DNA from: Gemmatimonadales bacterium
GTDB taxonomy: Bacteria > Gemmatimonadota > Gemmatimonadetes > Gemmatimonadales > GWC2-71-9
Reading direction: 5' to 3'
Assembly: GCA_965249575.1 (NCBI GenBank)
Contig: OZ252244.1
Span: 3,232,001-3,296,000, forward strand
Length of the DNA: 64,000 nucleotides
The position numbers were made by a program, and so were the translations under genes. The notes below the pieces were generated by a model. It did not search any database. It was not told the DNA's origin and saw nothing but the letters and a program-made list of their open reading frames with translations. Shown one piece after another: positions 30,274 through 39,957 of the stretch (position 1 is the first letter of the stretch; every line of letters begins with the position of its first letter).

Positions 30274-31416
30274 ATGGCAACGCACCTCGATGACCGCGGG
30301 GCCCCCGGGGACCCCTACAGACAGGGCCAGCAGGATACGCCCCATGATCCGGCAGGCGACGTCGACATGTCCCTCGTGGGCCACGTCAATCGTCTCCTTC
30401 GCTATCGCAGACTCCTATTCGGGCTTCCGTTGCTGATGCTCGTCGTGACGGTGGTTCTGACGGTGCTGTCCGGGTCTCGGTACAAGAGTCAGTCGCGTTT
30501 CATGGCAGCAGCGTCGACCTCGGCCGCGAGCCGCTTGAGTAGTATCGCGGCGCAGTTTGGGTTTGCCCTCGCGGGCGCCGAGTCTGGCGAGAGCATTACC
30601 TTCTACGGTCAGCTGGTGAAATCACGCGAGCTGTTGGAGGCTGCAGCCACCTCGTCGTATCGGTTCGCAACATCTGAGGACGGCGATACGCTGGAAGGGA
30701 CCCTCATAGAGTTATACGGGATCGAGGCCGACACGCCCGAGGAAGAGTTGATCATTGCAATCGACCAGCTGGCGGTGGACGCGTCCGTGGGACTCGATGT
30801 CGTTTCCGGGCTGGTAACGGTAGCAGTGGTCGCGCCGTGGGCTGGGCTCGCGGAGCAGATGAACCGCCGACTGCTGGACCTCGTAAACCAGTTCAACTTG
30901 GAGCGGCGGCAGTCGCAGGCAAAGGCGGAGCGGGAGTTCGTTGAGAGCCGCCTCGACGAGGCGCGTGCAGAGCTCGAGGCGGCCGAGGGCGAGCTCGAGA
31001 TCTTCCTCGTCGAGAATCGCTCCTACCAAGAATCCCCCCGCTTGAGATTCGAGGCAGCCCGCCTGCAGCGCCGCGTGGATTTGAGGCAGCAGGTCTATAC
31101 ATCACTGGCGCAGGCCTACGAACAGGCGCGCATCGACCAGGTGCGGAACACCCCGGTGATCACGATCGTGGAAAGCCCGGAAGGGTCCGCACGTCCCGAT
31201 CGAAACATCCTCAAAAACGCCATTCTGGCTCTGATCATTGGCGTGGTGGTCGCCCTGGTGGTGATCTTGCTGCGGGAATACCTGAATGCGCAGCGGTCGC
31301 AGCACCCTGCCGAGTACGCCGAGTTCGAGGAACTGAGGGAGGCCACGCTCGGAAAGCTGGTGCCCAGGCGTATCGGCAAGCTGCTCTCACGCGCTCGGTC
31401 GCCGGACACCGCTTAA
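30274..31416 (+). CDS. Wzz/GNVR-type chain-length determinant without kinase domain
   Basis: Two TMs flanking a coiled coil (EREFVESRLDEARAELEAAE); YTSLAQAYEQARI..TPVITIVE. Confidence 0.85.
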   Translation: MATHLDDRGAPGDPYRQGQQDTPHDPAGDVDMSLVGHVNRLLRYRRLLFGLPLLMLVVTVVLTVLSGSRYKSQSRFMAAASTSAASRLSSIAAQFGFALAGAESGESITFYGQLVKSRELLEAAATSSYRFATSEDGDTLEGTLIELYGIEADTPEEELIIAIDQLAVDASVGLDVVSGLVTVAVVAPWAGLAEQMNRRLLDLVNQFNLERRQSQAKAEREFVESRLDEARAELEAAEGELEIFLVENRSYQESPRLRFEAARLQRRVDLRQQVYTSLAQAYEQARIDQVRNTPVITIVESPEGSARPDRNILKNAILALIIGVVVALVVILLREYLNAQRSQHPAEYAEFEELREATLGKLVPRRIGKLLSRARSPDTA

Positions 31417-31445
31417 GAGAGGGCCAGACGCGATTCTGCGCTTCG

Positions 31446-33989
31446 CTACCGCGTCGCGATTGCAACGATCGCCACGGTGCTCGCGAGAATCTGCGCAATG
31501 CTACCAAAGAGCGCCGGGATGTTAGACTCCCGTTCGGGATCCCTCGTCGGCACGAAGATGGTGCTCCCGGGCCCGGGGGCCGGTGCACTCGTGAAGAAGA
31601 GAAAGCGGTTCTTCACGCGGGCCGATCCGTCGGCATAGCGAACACTCACCCTGTTCTTGTCCGCCGCCGGTGAATATCCGCCGGCGTTCCCGATGTAGTA
31701 CTTGAGGCCACGCCCCCGGTTGTACAAGACGCTGGTCGGTGCGTTGACGGCGCCCGCCACCCGAACGGTCGGGTCATACTCGGGAATGTCCACCGAGTCC
31801 TCTGGCTGCAAGATGACATCTGACAGGCTCCCCGGCTGCTCGAGAGCTCTCCTGAGATCGATGTTGACCCGTCCCGCATCGTCGAGCTTTCGAAAGAATC
31901 TCACACCGTCGGCGTACGCCGTCGGCAGCAAGCCGCCGGCCCGTCGAACCAGGTTGCCGAGGCGCTCGCCCTTTTGCGTGAGCGCGTACGTTCCCGGGAA
32001 GCGGACCTCGCCGCTAATGGTGATGGTCCGCTGAAAGCCGAAGTCGGGTTGACGGAGAATCGAGATTTCGTCGAACGGCTCGAGCGCGAACTCCGGGGCA
32101 CCCGAGGCGCGGGTGGAGAGCCCTGGGAGAAAGCGGTAGGTGGTCGAGTCCCGCTCGAAGAGGTAGGTGGAATCCATGGCGACGCGGAGAGTGAACGCGA
32201 GTTGCCCCCCCGACCGGTCAGCTGGGAGACGCGCGACCTCCGCGGTATCTAGGTACGCCCCATCCCGAAGCCCTCGCGCCATCAATACTAAATCCCGTAG
32301 AGTCATTCCAGCACGGTACGGGAACCGGCCAGGGTTGTTGACCATGCCCGCGATCCTGACCATCCGCTCTTCGCGGAATTCGTCGCGACCGTAGACGGTC
32401 ACGATGTCATATTCCTGGAGCGTCAGGTCGTCGGGGTACGGAGCAAGGCTGTCCGCGGGCAGCTGGACGGGGACGATGTACCTCGTGGAGTCGGTCGGAT
32501 GGAGCCGTTCGATGTGGGCTCTTCCAGCGTATACCGCAGGCCGGAAACCGCCGGCGACCTCGATCAGCTGGCTCAGCCGCATGCCGCGCCGCCACCCGTA
32601 CACGCCAGGGTGCTGCACGCTACCGTTGAGCTCTACGTAGCGGCCAAAGGAATGGGTGATCTCCCAGACGCGAACCTGATCCCCGCGCTCCATTGGAAAT
32701 GGCGGCACGGACCCGTCCGGCTGGAGCGGCACGTCCACGACCATTCGGGCGGGGTCGTTCGCGCGCCGCTGCGCGGCCGGCACGATGCGCGAGATGGTAA
32801 GCCGCTGCAGCACGGCGTCGGGCCGGAGACCACCGGCGATTTCCACCAGGTCCCGCAAGGTCTCGTCCGTTCGGAGCCCGAAAATCGCGGAACGGCGCAC
32901 CGCACCATCGATGCGCACGCGCTTGTCTAGGATCGGGACGAACACCACGTCACCGGTCTCGAGCCGCGTATCCTGCTCGGCCACCCCGCGTAATAGGTAA
33001 TCGTACAGATCGAGCCGCGCGACCGCCCGATCGCTTCGCCGAATCTCGACGTTTCTGAAGTTCCCGAGCTCGGTGGGTCCCCCCGCCTCGTACAACGCGG
33101 TGAGAGCGGTCCCCACCGCCGGAATCTGATAGCTGCCCGGCCGGGTCACTTCGCCGACCACGTAGACTTGGACCGTCCGCACCCGCGCCACGGTGACCTC
33201 GAAACTCGTCGTGGCCGTTGGCCCGCGCCGGATGCCCGAGTAGACCTGACCGAGCCGGTCGAACAGAAGCGTGCGCAGTTGGTCGAGCGTGAGCGTGTTT
33301 ACGAACAACTGGCCGACCTGCGGGATGACGACGAATCCCTCCCGGTTCACCTCCAAGGTGTGAGCCAACTCGACGTGACCCGTGAGAATCAGGACCAGAA
33401 CGTCACCCGGTCCCAGGCGGTATCTCTCATCGACCGGCCCGGCGAGCGAGGGCTGGAACTCGGAACTGACCCGTCGGAAGACGCTGAGGCCGAACACCGG
33501 CAACGCCGGAACAGAATCAAATAACCCGAGCGAATCGGCTCGAAGGGAATCGCGCACCACGCTATCCAACGCCGTGACCAACGTGGAGTCGCCCTGGATC
33601 GTCGTCGACACGCCTCCGAGTCCGAGCAGCGCCAGCGCCCGCAGCACGTCGCTCCCCGGCTCGGCAGTCAGCTCCGTGTCTGCCTGGAGATACTGATCCA
33701 GCAACGTGGTTGGGTAGCCGAGGGCCTGCAATTGGGTGCGGATCTGGCTCTCCGTGAGGCCGGACTGGCTGATACGCTGTCGCACCAGCTCCGCGAGTCC
33801 CACATCCTCCTGGAGGCGTTGCTGGACTTCTGCCGCGGTTGGCTGCTGACCGGCCAGGCGGCTCGCCTGGACGGACAGTGCCAAGATCGCAAACGCGGCA
33901 ACGACGGCGCCGGCACGCAGGAATCGCCTGGTGGGCAGGGCCGCCAAGGCCCTTCTCTGCAAAACTTGCGACGACAATGGCTTAGGCAT
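31446..33989 (-). CDS. Large multi-SLBB polysaccharide export (OPX, Wza/KpsD-like) protein
   Basis: Signal peptide; YRLGPGDVL (Poly_export), repeated GEVxxPGxY / AGG SLBB motifs, DLYDYLLRG, C-terminal amphipathic helix. Start could be 33989 or 34058. Confidence 0.9.
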   Translation of the reverse strand: MPKPLSSQVLQRRALAALPTRRFLRAGAVVAAFAILALSVQASRLAGQQPTAAEVQQRLQEDVGLAELVRQRISQSGLTESQIRTQLQALGYPTTLLDQYLQADTELTAEPGSDVLRALALLGLGGVSTTIQGDSTLVTALDSVVRDSLRADSLGLFDSVPALPVFGLSVFRRVSSEFQPSLAGPVDERYRLGPGDVLVLILTGHVELAHTLEVNREGFVVIPQVGQLFVNTLTLDQLRTLLFDRLGQVYSGIRRGPTATTSFEVTVARVRTVQVYVVGEVTRPGSYQIPAVGTALTALYEAGGPTELGNFRNVEIRRSDRAVARLDLYDYLLRGVAEQDTRLETGDVVFVPILDKRVRIDGAVRRSAIFGLRTDETLRDLVEIAGGLRPDAVLQRLTISRIVPAAQRRANDPARMVVDVPLQPDGSVPPFPMERGDQVRVWEITHSFGRYVELNGSVQHPGVYGWRRGMRLSQLIEVAGGFRPAVYAGRAHIERLHPTDSTRYIVPVQLPADSLAPYPDDLTLQEYDIVTVYGRDEFREERMVRIAGMVNNPGRFPYRAGMTLRDLVLMARGLRDGAYLDTAEVARLPADRSGGQLAFTLRVAMDSTYLFERDSTTYRFLPGLSTRASGAPEFALEPFDEISILRQPDFGFQRTITISGEVRFPGTYALTQKGERLGNLVRRAGGLLPTAYADGVRFFRKLDDAGRVNIDLRRALEQPGSLSDVILQPEDSVDIPEYDPTVRVAGAVNAPTSVLYNRGRGLKYYIGNAGGYSPAADKNRVSVRYADGSARVKNRFLFFTSAPAPGPGSTIFVPTRDPERESNIPALFGSIAQILASTVAIVAIATR

Positions 33990-34054
33990 AATGGGGCCAA
34001 AGATGGAACGACGTGCCGCGCAGGTCAAGCGTCGCCGGCCGTGGCGCGCGTCTG

Positions 34055-34561
34055 TCATTCGAGCACGTACGGTGATCCGTCCTCCCCCTCGTGCCGAATC
34101 TCATCGACTGCTTCCTTTCGCCGGTGACCACCGAACAAGCGATTCGGCGCGTTGAAGACCAGTCCGTCCGCATCGCCTACGTTCTGATACGCGTGGACTA
34201 CCCCGGGGGGTACGACGACGCGCAACGGCTGCCCGAGCTCGGCGAAGACGATCTGTCGATTGCCTTGGGTGCGGGAGCCAGGCCGTGCATCCCAGAGGTA
34301 GATCTTGAAGCGCGTCGATCCGACAAAGACGAAGTTGTCAGTCTGATCGCGGTGCTCGTGCGGTCCGCGGGTCACCCCTGGGCGGGTGAGCGAGAGGTAG
34401 CACATCGGCGGCGCCAGGTCCGATGGTAGCTCATCCGACCGGAACCCCTCGAGGAGCCAGCCTCTGGCGTCCTCGTGCTTCGCCACCTGATCGACTGCGA
34501 CGCCGTCGACGTCACCCGGAGTGAATATGGTCCCGTCCACGCTTCGCTCCGCGGTCGACAT
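34055..34561 (-). CDS. rmlC: dTDP-4-dehydrorhamnose 3,5-epimerase family protein
   Basis: DARGWLLE, RGPHEH, VPPGVVHAY cupin; lies in the rml operon. Confidence 0.85.
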   Translation of the reverse strand: MSTAERSVDGTIFTPGDVDGVAVDQVAKHEDARGWLLEGFRSDELPSDLAPPMCYLSLTRPGVTRGPHEHRDQTDNFVFVGSTRFKIYLWDARPGSRTQGNRQIVFAELGQPLRVVVPPGVVHAYQNVGDADGLVFNAPNRLFGGHRRKEAVDEIRHEGEDGSPYVLE

Positions 34562-35429
34562 CGGCTTGTAACCGGTCGAGGAATCGAGTCAGCGCCGCTT
34601 CCCACGGTGGGAGTGGCTCTCCAGCGATCGCTTCGAATCGCGCGGTGTCGAGCACGGCTCGGGCCGGCCGCCGCGCCGGCGTAGGGTAGTCCGCCGTTTG
34701 ACTTGGCTCGAGCTGGGCCTGCGCCCCCGCGCGGGCAAAAACGCGTCGCGCGACCCCGTACCAGGTGGTGACGCCGGTGTTCGCGACGTGCAGGACGAGG
34801 CGCCGCACGTTCGAACGCCAGTTGTCCGTCTCACTGCCACTACCGAGCAGCTTCCAGGTGGCCCGTGCCAGATCGGCCGTGAACGTGGGGCGTCCGTACT
34901 GGTCGTTCACGACACGCGTTTGCTGCCCGGCCGCCGCCCGTTCCCACATCGTTCGGGGAAACGAGCGCCCATTCGTACCGAAGAGCCACTGGGAGCGGAT
35001 GATGAGATAATCCGCTCCGCTCTCTTGTAATTCGCGCTCGCCGGCCAGCTTCGACGCGCCATATACGCTGAGGGGATTGGGCTCGGCGTCTTCGTCATAT
35101 GGCTCGCTGGCTCGGCCGTCGAAGACGTAATCCGTGCCGAAGTGCACGACACCCGCCCCAATCGCCGCCGCCGCCTTGCCGATCATGCCGACCGCGCGGC
35201 CGTTGACGGCGAAGGCGCGCTCACGCTCCCGCTCCGCCAGATCGACCTGCGTATAGGCCGCGGCGTTGATCACGACGTCCGGCGCTGCGCGCGCGATCAC
35301 GTCCCCGACCCGTTGATCTGTGATGTCGATTTCGTGGGCGCTTCGCGCCACGACCTCTACGATCTCCGGCTTTTCCCCGACCAGGTCGCGGGCCAACATG
35401 CCACCAGCTCCGAACAAGAGGACGCGCAT
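34512..35429 (-). CDS. rmlD: dTDP-4-dehydrorhamnose reductase
   Basis: GAGGML, NAAAYTQVD, TDYVFDG, YGASKLAGE, DQYGRPT, TPARRP. Confidence 0.95.
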   Translation of the reverse strand: MRVLLFGAGGMLARDLVGEKPEIVEVVARSAHEIDITDQRVGDVIARAAPDVVINAAAYTQVDLAERERERAFAVNGRAVGMIGKAAAAIGAGVVHFGTDYVFDGRASEPYDEDAEPNPLSVYGASKLAGERELQESGADYLIIRSQWLFGTNGRSFPRTMWERAAAGQQTRVVNDQYGRPTFTADLARATWKLLGSGSETDNWRSNVRRLVLHVANTGVTTWYGVARRVFARAGAQAQLEPSQTADYPTPARRPARAVLDTARFEAIAGEPLPPWEAALTRFLDRLQADVDRGAKRGRDHIHSG

Positions 35430-35434
35430 TTGGG

Positions 35435-36538
35435 TTAGCCCCGGTCCAAGTACATCGAAGACGCGGTTCGATAGGCCTCACTGAGCACCCTCTCCCACCA
35501 ACCGCTGTGTTCCTGATACCACGCGACCGTGGCCGCGAGGCCCTCGGCCAGGCCGTAGCGGGGCGCCCAGCCCAGTTCGCGCCGGATACGACCGATGTCC
35601 ATAGCGTATCGCCGGTCGTGTCCGGGGCGGTCTGTCACGTGCTCGATGAGCGATTCCGGCTTGTCGAGGAGGTCGAGCAACTGCCTGACCACGGCGATAT
35701 TCGCTGCCTCCGACTCACCGCCGACGTTGTAGGTCTGCCCCGGCCGACCACGAGCGAGAACAGCCCAGAGCGCCTCGGCATGGTCGTCGACGAAGAGCCA
35801 ATCCCGCACCTGGAGCCCGTCCCCGTACACCGGAAGTGACTCATCCCGGAGTGCGCGGGTAATCATCAGGGGAATGAGCTTCTCGGGGAATTGGTAGGGG
35901 CCATAGTTGTTCGAGCAGCGCGTGATGATAGCCGGGAGCCCGAATGTCTCACCGTAGGCCCGAACCAGAAGATCCGAGCCGGCCTTGCTGGCTGAGTAGG
36001 GGCTGTTTGGAGCGAGCGGAGACTGCTCGGTGAACGCTGGATCGGTGGGGCCGAGCGATCCATAGACTTCATCCGTACTGACGTGAACGAACACGAAACG
36101 CGGCGGTTGCTCGCCAAAGACGGCCCGGCAGCTCTCCAGCAGTGTGAGGGTTCCTTGCACGTTTGTATCCACGAAGACCGCCGGACCGAGGATCGACCGG
36201 TCGACGTGCGATTCGGCGGCGAAATGGACGACTGCGGCCGGATGGCTGTCGGAGGCGGCACCCGGATGCGTGCCCTCGAGGATACTGCACAACAGCTCGA
36301 AGTCGCGGATGTCCCCGTGCACGAACGCGTATCGGCCTTCACCCGCCGGGCCGAACCGGGCGTCGACGTCGTGCAGGCTCTCGAGATTACCCGCATACGT
36401 CAGCAGATCGAGGTTCGTTATCCGCACTTGGGGAACGTGCTCGAATACCCATCGAATGAAGTTCGATCCGATGAACCCGGCGCCTCCCGTCACGAGCAAG
36501 ACTTTGGCATCTCGATCGTCGCGGCGGCTGGTCGCCAC
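35435..36538 (-). CDS. rmlB: dTDP-glucose 4,6-dehydratase
   Basis: TGGAGFIGSNF, LTYAGN, AAESHVDRSI, VSTDEVYG, YSASKA, NNYGPYQFPEKLIP, DRPGHDRRY. Confidence 0.97.
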   Translation of the reverse strand: MATSRRDDRDAKVLLVTGGAGFIGSNFIRWVFEHVPQVRITNLDLLTYAGNLESLHDVDARFGPAGEGRYAFVHGDIRDFELLCSILEGTHPGAASDSHPAAVVHFAAESHVDRSILGPAVFVDTNVQGTLTLLESCRAVFGEQPPRFVFVHVSTDEVYGSLGPTDPAFTEQSPLAPNSPYSASKAGSDLLVRAYGETFGLPAIITRCSNNYGPYQFPEKLIPLMITRALRDESLPVYGDGLQVRDWLFVDDHAEALWAVLARGRPGQTYNVGGESEAANIAVVRQLLDLLDKPESLIEHVTDRPGHDRRYAMDIGRIRRELGWAPRYGLAEGLAATVAWYQEHSGWWERVLSEAYRTASSMYLDRG

Positions 36539-36558
36539 GCCCGCGTTGGCGCCGGCCG

Positions 36559-37632
36559 TCAGAACTCCACCTCGGAGTCGTCACCGAGGTGGAGTCGCAG
36601 TACGCCGGTTGCGCCGTTGCTTCGCACGATCGCATGGCGGCCTATGAGGCTGTCCTCGATCCGGTCGACCCCGAGGATGCGACAGGAGTCGAGCAGCACT
36701 GCATGCTGAATCGTCGTCCCGGTGATCACAGAACCGTCCCCGATGCTCGTGAACGGGCCAATGTCGCTGTCTTTCAGGCGGCACGCGGTGCCGATGGTGA
36801 CGGGTCCGCGAATGCGGCAGCCTCGAACGGTCGTGCCCGCGCCGATTTGCACGCGCCCCTGGACGTCGCTCTGATCGTCCACGTCCCCCCGCACATCGCG
36901 AGTGCCCCACGAATCCAGGACCGTGGTGTTTGCCGCGAGGAGATCGTCCTTCTTCCCTGTGTCGAGCCACCATCCTTCGACGACGCGGCTCTCGACGCGC
37001 GCGCCGGTGTCGAGCAGCACCTGAATCGCGTCAGTGATTTCCAGTTCGCCCCGCGGCGACGGCCGGATCTGTTCGATGGCCCGGTGAATCGCGCCGGTAA
37101 AGAAGTAAACGCCCACCAGCGCCAGGCGGGAGGGTGGATCTGCCGGCTTTTCCACCAATCCCGTGACCTGACCGGCATCATCGATGGTGGCGATGCCGAA
37201 GTCCTGGGGGTTGTTGACCTCTTTGAGCAGGATCATGGCGGCGGCGCCACTAGCCAGAAACGCCTCCGCGTAGTCGGTGATGCGTGAGCCAATGAGGTTA
37301 TCGCCGAGATACATCACAAACGGAGAGGTGCCGAGAAACTTGCCGGCGGTCTGGACCGCGTGCGCGAGGCCTCCGGGCCGATCTTGCTCGATCCACGTCA
37401 CGGCGATCCGGAAGCGATTCCCGTCGCCCACTGCGGCCCGGATTGCCGGTCCCGTATCTGGCGAAACCACGATGCCAACCTCGGTCACACCCGCGGCAGC
37501 GAGATTCTCGAGGACAAAGAACAGGATAGGCTTATTTGCAACCGGAACGAGCTGTTTGGCCGCGGTGTGCGTAATCGGCCGCAGGCGGGTACCCTTTCCG
37601 CCACTCAAGACCAGGCCCTTCAGTCCGGTCAT
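36559..37632 (-). CDS. rmlA: Glucose-1-phosphate thymidylyltransferase (long form)
   Basis: GGKGTRLRPIT..KQLVPVANKP, EKP, RGELEITDA, WWLDTG, C-terminal hexapeptide repeats. Confidence 0.93.
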   Translation of the reverse strand: MTGLKGLVLSGGKGTRLRPITHTAAKQLVPVANKPILFFVLENLAAAGVTEVGIVVSPDTGPAIRAAVGDGNRFRIAVTWIEQDRPGGLAHAVQTAGKFLGTSPFVMYLGDNLIGSRITDYAEAFLASGAAAMILLKEVNNPQDFGIATIDDAGQVTGLVEKPADPPSRLALVGVYFFTGAIHRAIEQIRPSPRGELEITDAIQVLLDTGARVESRVVEGWWLDTGKKDDLLAANTTVLDSWGTRDVRGDVDDQSDVQGRVQIGAGTTVRGCRIRGPVTIGTACRLKDSDIGPFTSIGDGSVITGTTIQHAVLLDSCRILGVDRIEDSLIGRHAIVRSNGATGVLRLHLGDDSEVEF

Positions 37633-37814
37633 TCCAGCTCCGCGGGGTTGTGTCCGGCAAATACTGGACGATTCGTTCGGTGGCGAGGGCAAGTTGACCA
37701 GGGGTCGGAGCGAGGTCAAGAAGGTGTTCGGCTCGCGCAGCCGTCGGGTCGGGACGGGGGGCGGCTGGCCTATCGCCCTGTCATGCGTTAGCTTAGCTCG
37801 GTTTTAGGCCGAGA

Positions 37815-38963
37815 GTGAACCCAATCGCACGCATGATCGAGCTGCAACCGCCGGCGGAGCGCGTCATCCTGGTTGGCGCTCCTAGGCGTGGCACGGACGA
37901 TGCTGCACACCGCATCGAGCACCTTGAGGAGCTTGAGCGCCTCACCGATACCGCGGGTGGCGTGGTTGTAGGTCGGCTCAGCCAACCCCTCCACGCCCCA
38001 AGCGCCAGTCTCTACCTGGGCAAAGGGAAGGTCGAACAACTCCGGGAGCTGGTCGTGTCGACCAGAGCGTCTCTCGTGGTGTTCGATGAGGCGCTTTCAC
38101 CGGCGCAAGGGAAAAACCTCGAGTCGAAGCTCGAGTCGAGGGTCATGGATCGGGCGGAGTTGATCCTAGACATTTTTGCGAGGCGGGCGAAGACAAAGGA
38201 AGCCAAGATGCAGGTGGAGTTGGCCCAGCTGGAATACCTCCTGCCACGCCTGGCGAGAATGTGGGTCCACCTCTCACGCATTCGAGGCGGCATCGGACTG
38301 CGCGGTCCGGGTGAGACGCAGCTCGAGACGGACCGGCGAATGATTCGCCGAAAGATTGGCCGGCTGAAGGCCAAGCTCGAGCGGGTGGCGGCTCACCGAG
38401 AACTGATCCGCGCGGGGCGGCGGGGCGTGCTGACCGCGGCGCTGGTGGGGTATACGAATGCCGGTAAGTCAAGTCTTCTCAAGGCGTTAACCGGGGCCGA
38501 CGTGGTGGTAGAAGACCGGCTGTTCGCCACGCTGGACACGTTGGTGCGCGAGGTTGATCTGGGTCACATGCGAAGGGCCCGACTGGTCGATACCGTTGGG
38601 TTCATTCGGAAGTTGCCGCACCACCTGGTCGCCAGCTTCCGCGCCACGCTCGAGGAGGCGGTTGGAGCGGATGTCCTCCTCCATGTTATCGATGCCTCGC
38701 ACCCGCAGTGGGAGGTGCAGATGGGAGTGGTCGACAACGTGCTCGCAGAGCTGGACCTTAACGGGCGGCCGGTGATCCACGTCTTCAACAAGCTGGACCT
38801 CGTCGATGCGCCAGTGGCATTCATGAAGCGCGCGCGCGCACTGAACCCAACGGCGGTTGGAACGACGCTCCGGGGCAGGACCACCGGCATCGAGGAGTTA
38901 CGGATGGTGCTCGCCAACCTCGCCGAGAGACGGAAGCGAGAGGTCGTGAGGGCGGTCGGATGA
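37815..38963 (+). CDS. hflX: GTPase HflX
   Basis: QVELAQLEYLLPRL, RGPGETQLETDRR, GYTNAGKS, LFATLD, DTVGF, NKLD. Confidence 0.96.
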   Translation: MNPIARMIELQPPAERVILVGAPRRGTDDAAHRIEHLEELERLTDTAGGVVVGRLSQPLHAPSASLYLGKGKVEQLRELVVSTRASLVVFDEALSPAQGKNLESKLESRVMDRAELILDIFARRAKTKEAKMQVELAQLEYLLPRLARMWVHLSRIRGGIGLRGPGETQLETDRRMIRRKIGRLKAKLERVAAHRELIRAGRRGVLTAALVGYTNAGKSSLLKALTGADVVVEDRLFATLDTLVREVDLGHMRRARLVDTVGFIRKLPHHLVASFRATLEEAVGADVLLHVIDASHPQWEVQMGVVDNVLAELDLNGRPVIHVFNKLDLVDAPVAFMKRARALNPTAVGTTLRGRTTGIEELRMVLANLAERRKREVVRAVG

Positions 38964-38979
38964 ACGGATTGGAGAACGC

Positions 38980-39957
38980 GTGAGGTATCTCATCACGGGC
39001 GGCGCCGGCTTCATCGGCTCGCACCTGGCGGACGCCCTTTTGGGTCGGGGAGACAGCGTCATCGTGCTCGACGACCTTTCGACGGGTTCCATCCGCAATG
39101 TGGCCCATCTCAAGAAACACCCGAGATTCGAATACGTCATCAAGTCGATGACCGACTCGTCGCTGCTTTCCGAACTGGTCGATGCTGCGGACCAGGTCTT
39201 TCACCTGGCCGCGGCGGTGGGAGTGCGGCTCATCGTGGAGAGCCCCGTGCGGACCATCGAGTCCAACATCGGTCTGACCGAGTTGGTCATGGCCGCCGCG
39301 GAGAAGAAGCGCAAGAAGGTCCTCATTGCGTCTTCGTCGGAGGTGTACGGCAAGAGCAAGGCGGTGCCGTTTCGCGAGGACGGCGATCTGGTCATGGGAG
39401 CCACCACGAGGGGACGCTGGAGCTATGCTTGCTCCAAGGCGATCGATGAGTTCCTGGCCATCGCGTACTGGCGGGAACGCAAATGCCCGACCGTCATCTC
39501 TCGATTCTTCAATACCGTTGGCCCCAGGCAAACCGGTCAGTATGGAATGGTCGTTCCTCGGTTCGTTAGCCAGGCCCTGAAAGGGGAGCCCATGACGGTC
39601 TACGGCGACGGCCAGCAGAGCCGGTGCTTCACGCACGTGACCGACGCGGTGCGCGGGGCCATGGGGATCATGGACTCAGACGTGACGGTCGGTGAGGTAT
39701 ACAACATCGGAGGCCAGCAGGAGATCCGGATCGTCGATCTCGCCGAGCAGATCAGAGCCATGACGAGATCCGAATCGGACATTCGCTTCATTCCCTACGA
39801 AAAGGCGTTCGGCGAGAACTTCGAGGACATGCCCCGACGGGTGCCGAGCCTCGACAAGATCCACGCCGCGATTGGATACGAGGCCACCGTGGCGCTGCCC
39901 GAGATTCTGGAATCTGTGATTTCTGAGCAGCGCGCGCTGCACTCGACCCCCGCGTGA
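38980..39957 (+). CDS. NAD-dependent nucleotide-sugar epimerase/dehydratase
   Basis: TGGAGFIGSH, ASSSEVYG, RWSYACSK, RFFNTVGPRQ. Confidence 0.9.
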   Translation: MRYLITGGAGFIGSHLADALLGRGDSVIVLDDLSTGSIRNVAHLKKHPRFEYVIKSMTDSSLLSELVDAADQVFHLAAAVGVRLIVESPVRTIESNIGLTELVMAAAEKKRKKVLIASSSEVYGKSKAVPFREDGDLVMGATTRGRWSYACSKAIDEFLAIAYWRERKCPTVISRFFNTVGPRQTGQYGMVVPRFVSQALKGEPMTVYGDGQQSRCFTHVTDAVRGAMGIMDSDVTVGEVYNIGGQQEIRIVDLAEQIRAMTRSESDIRFIPYEKAFGENFEDMPRRVPSLDKIHAAIGYEATVALPEILESVISEQRALHSTPA

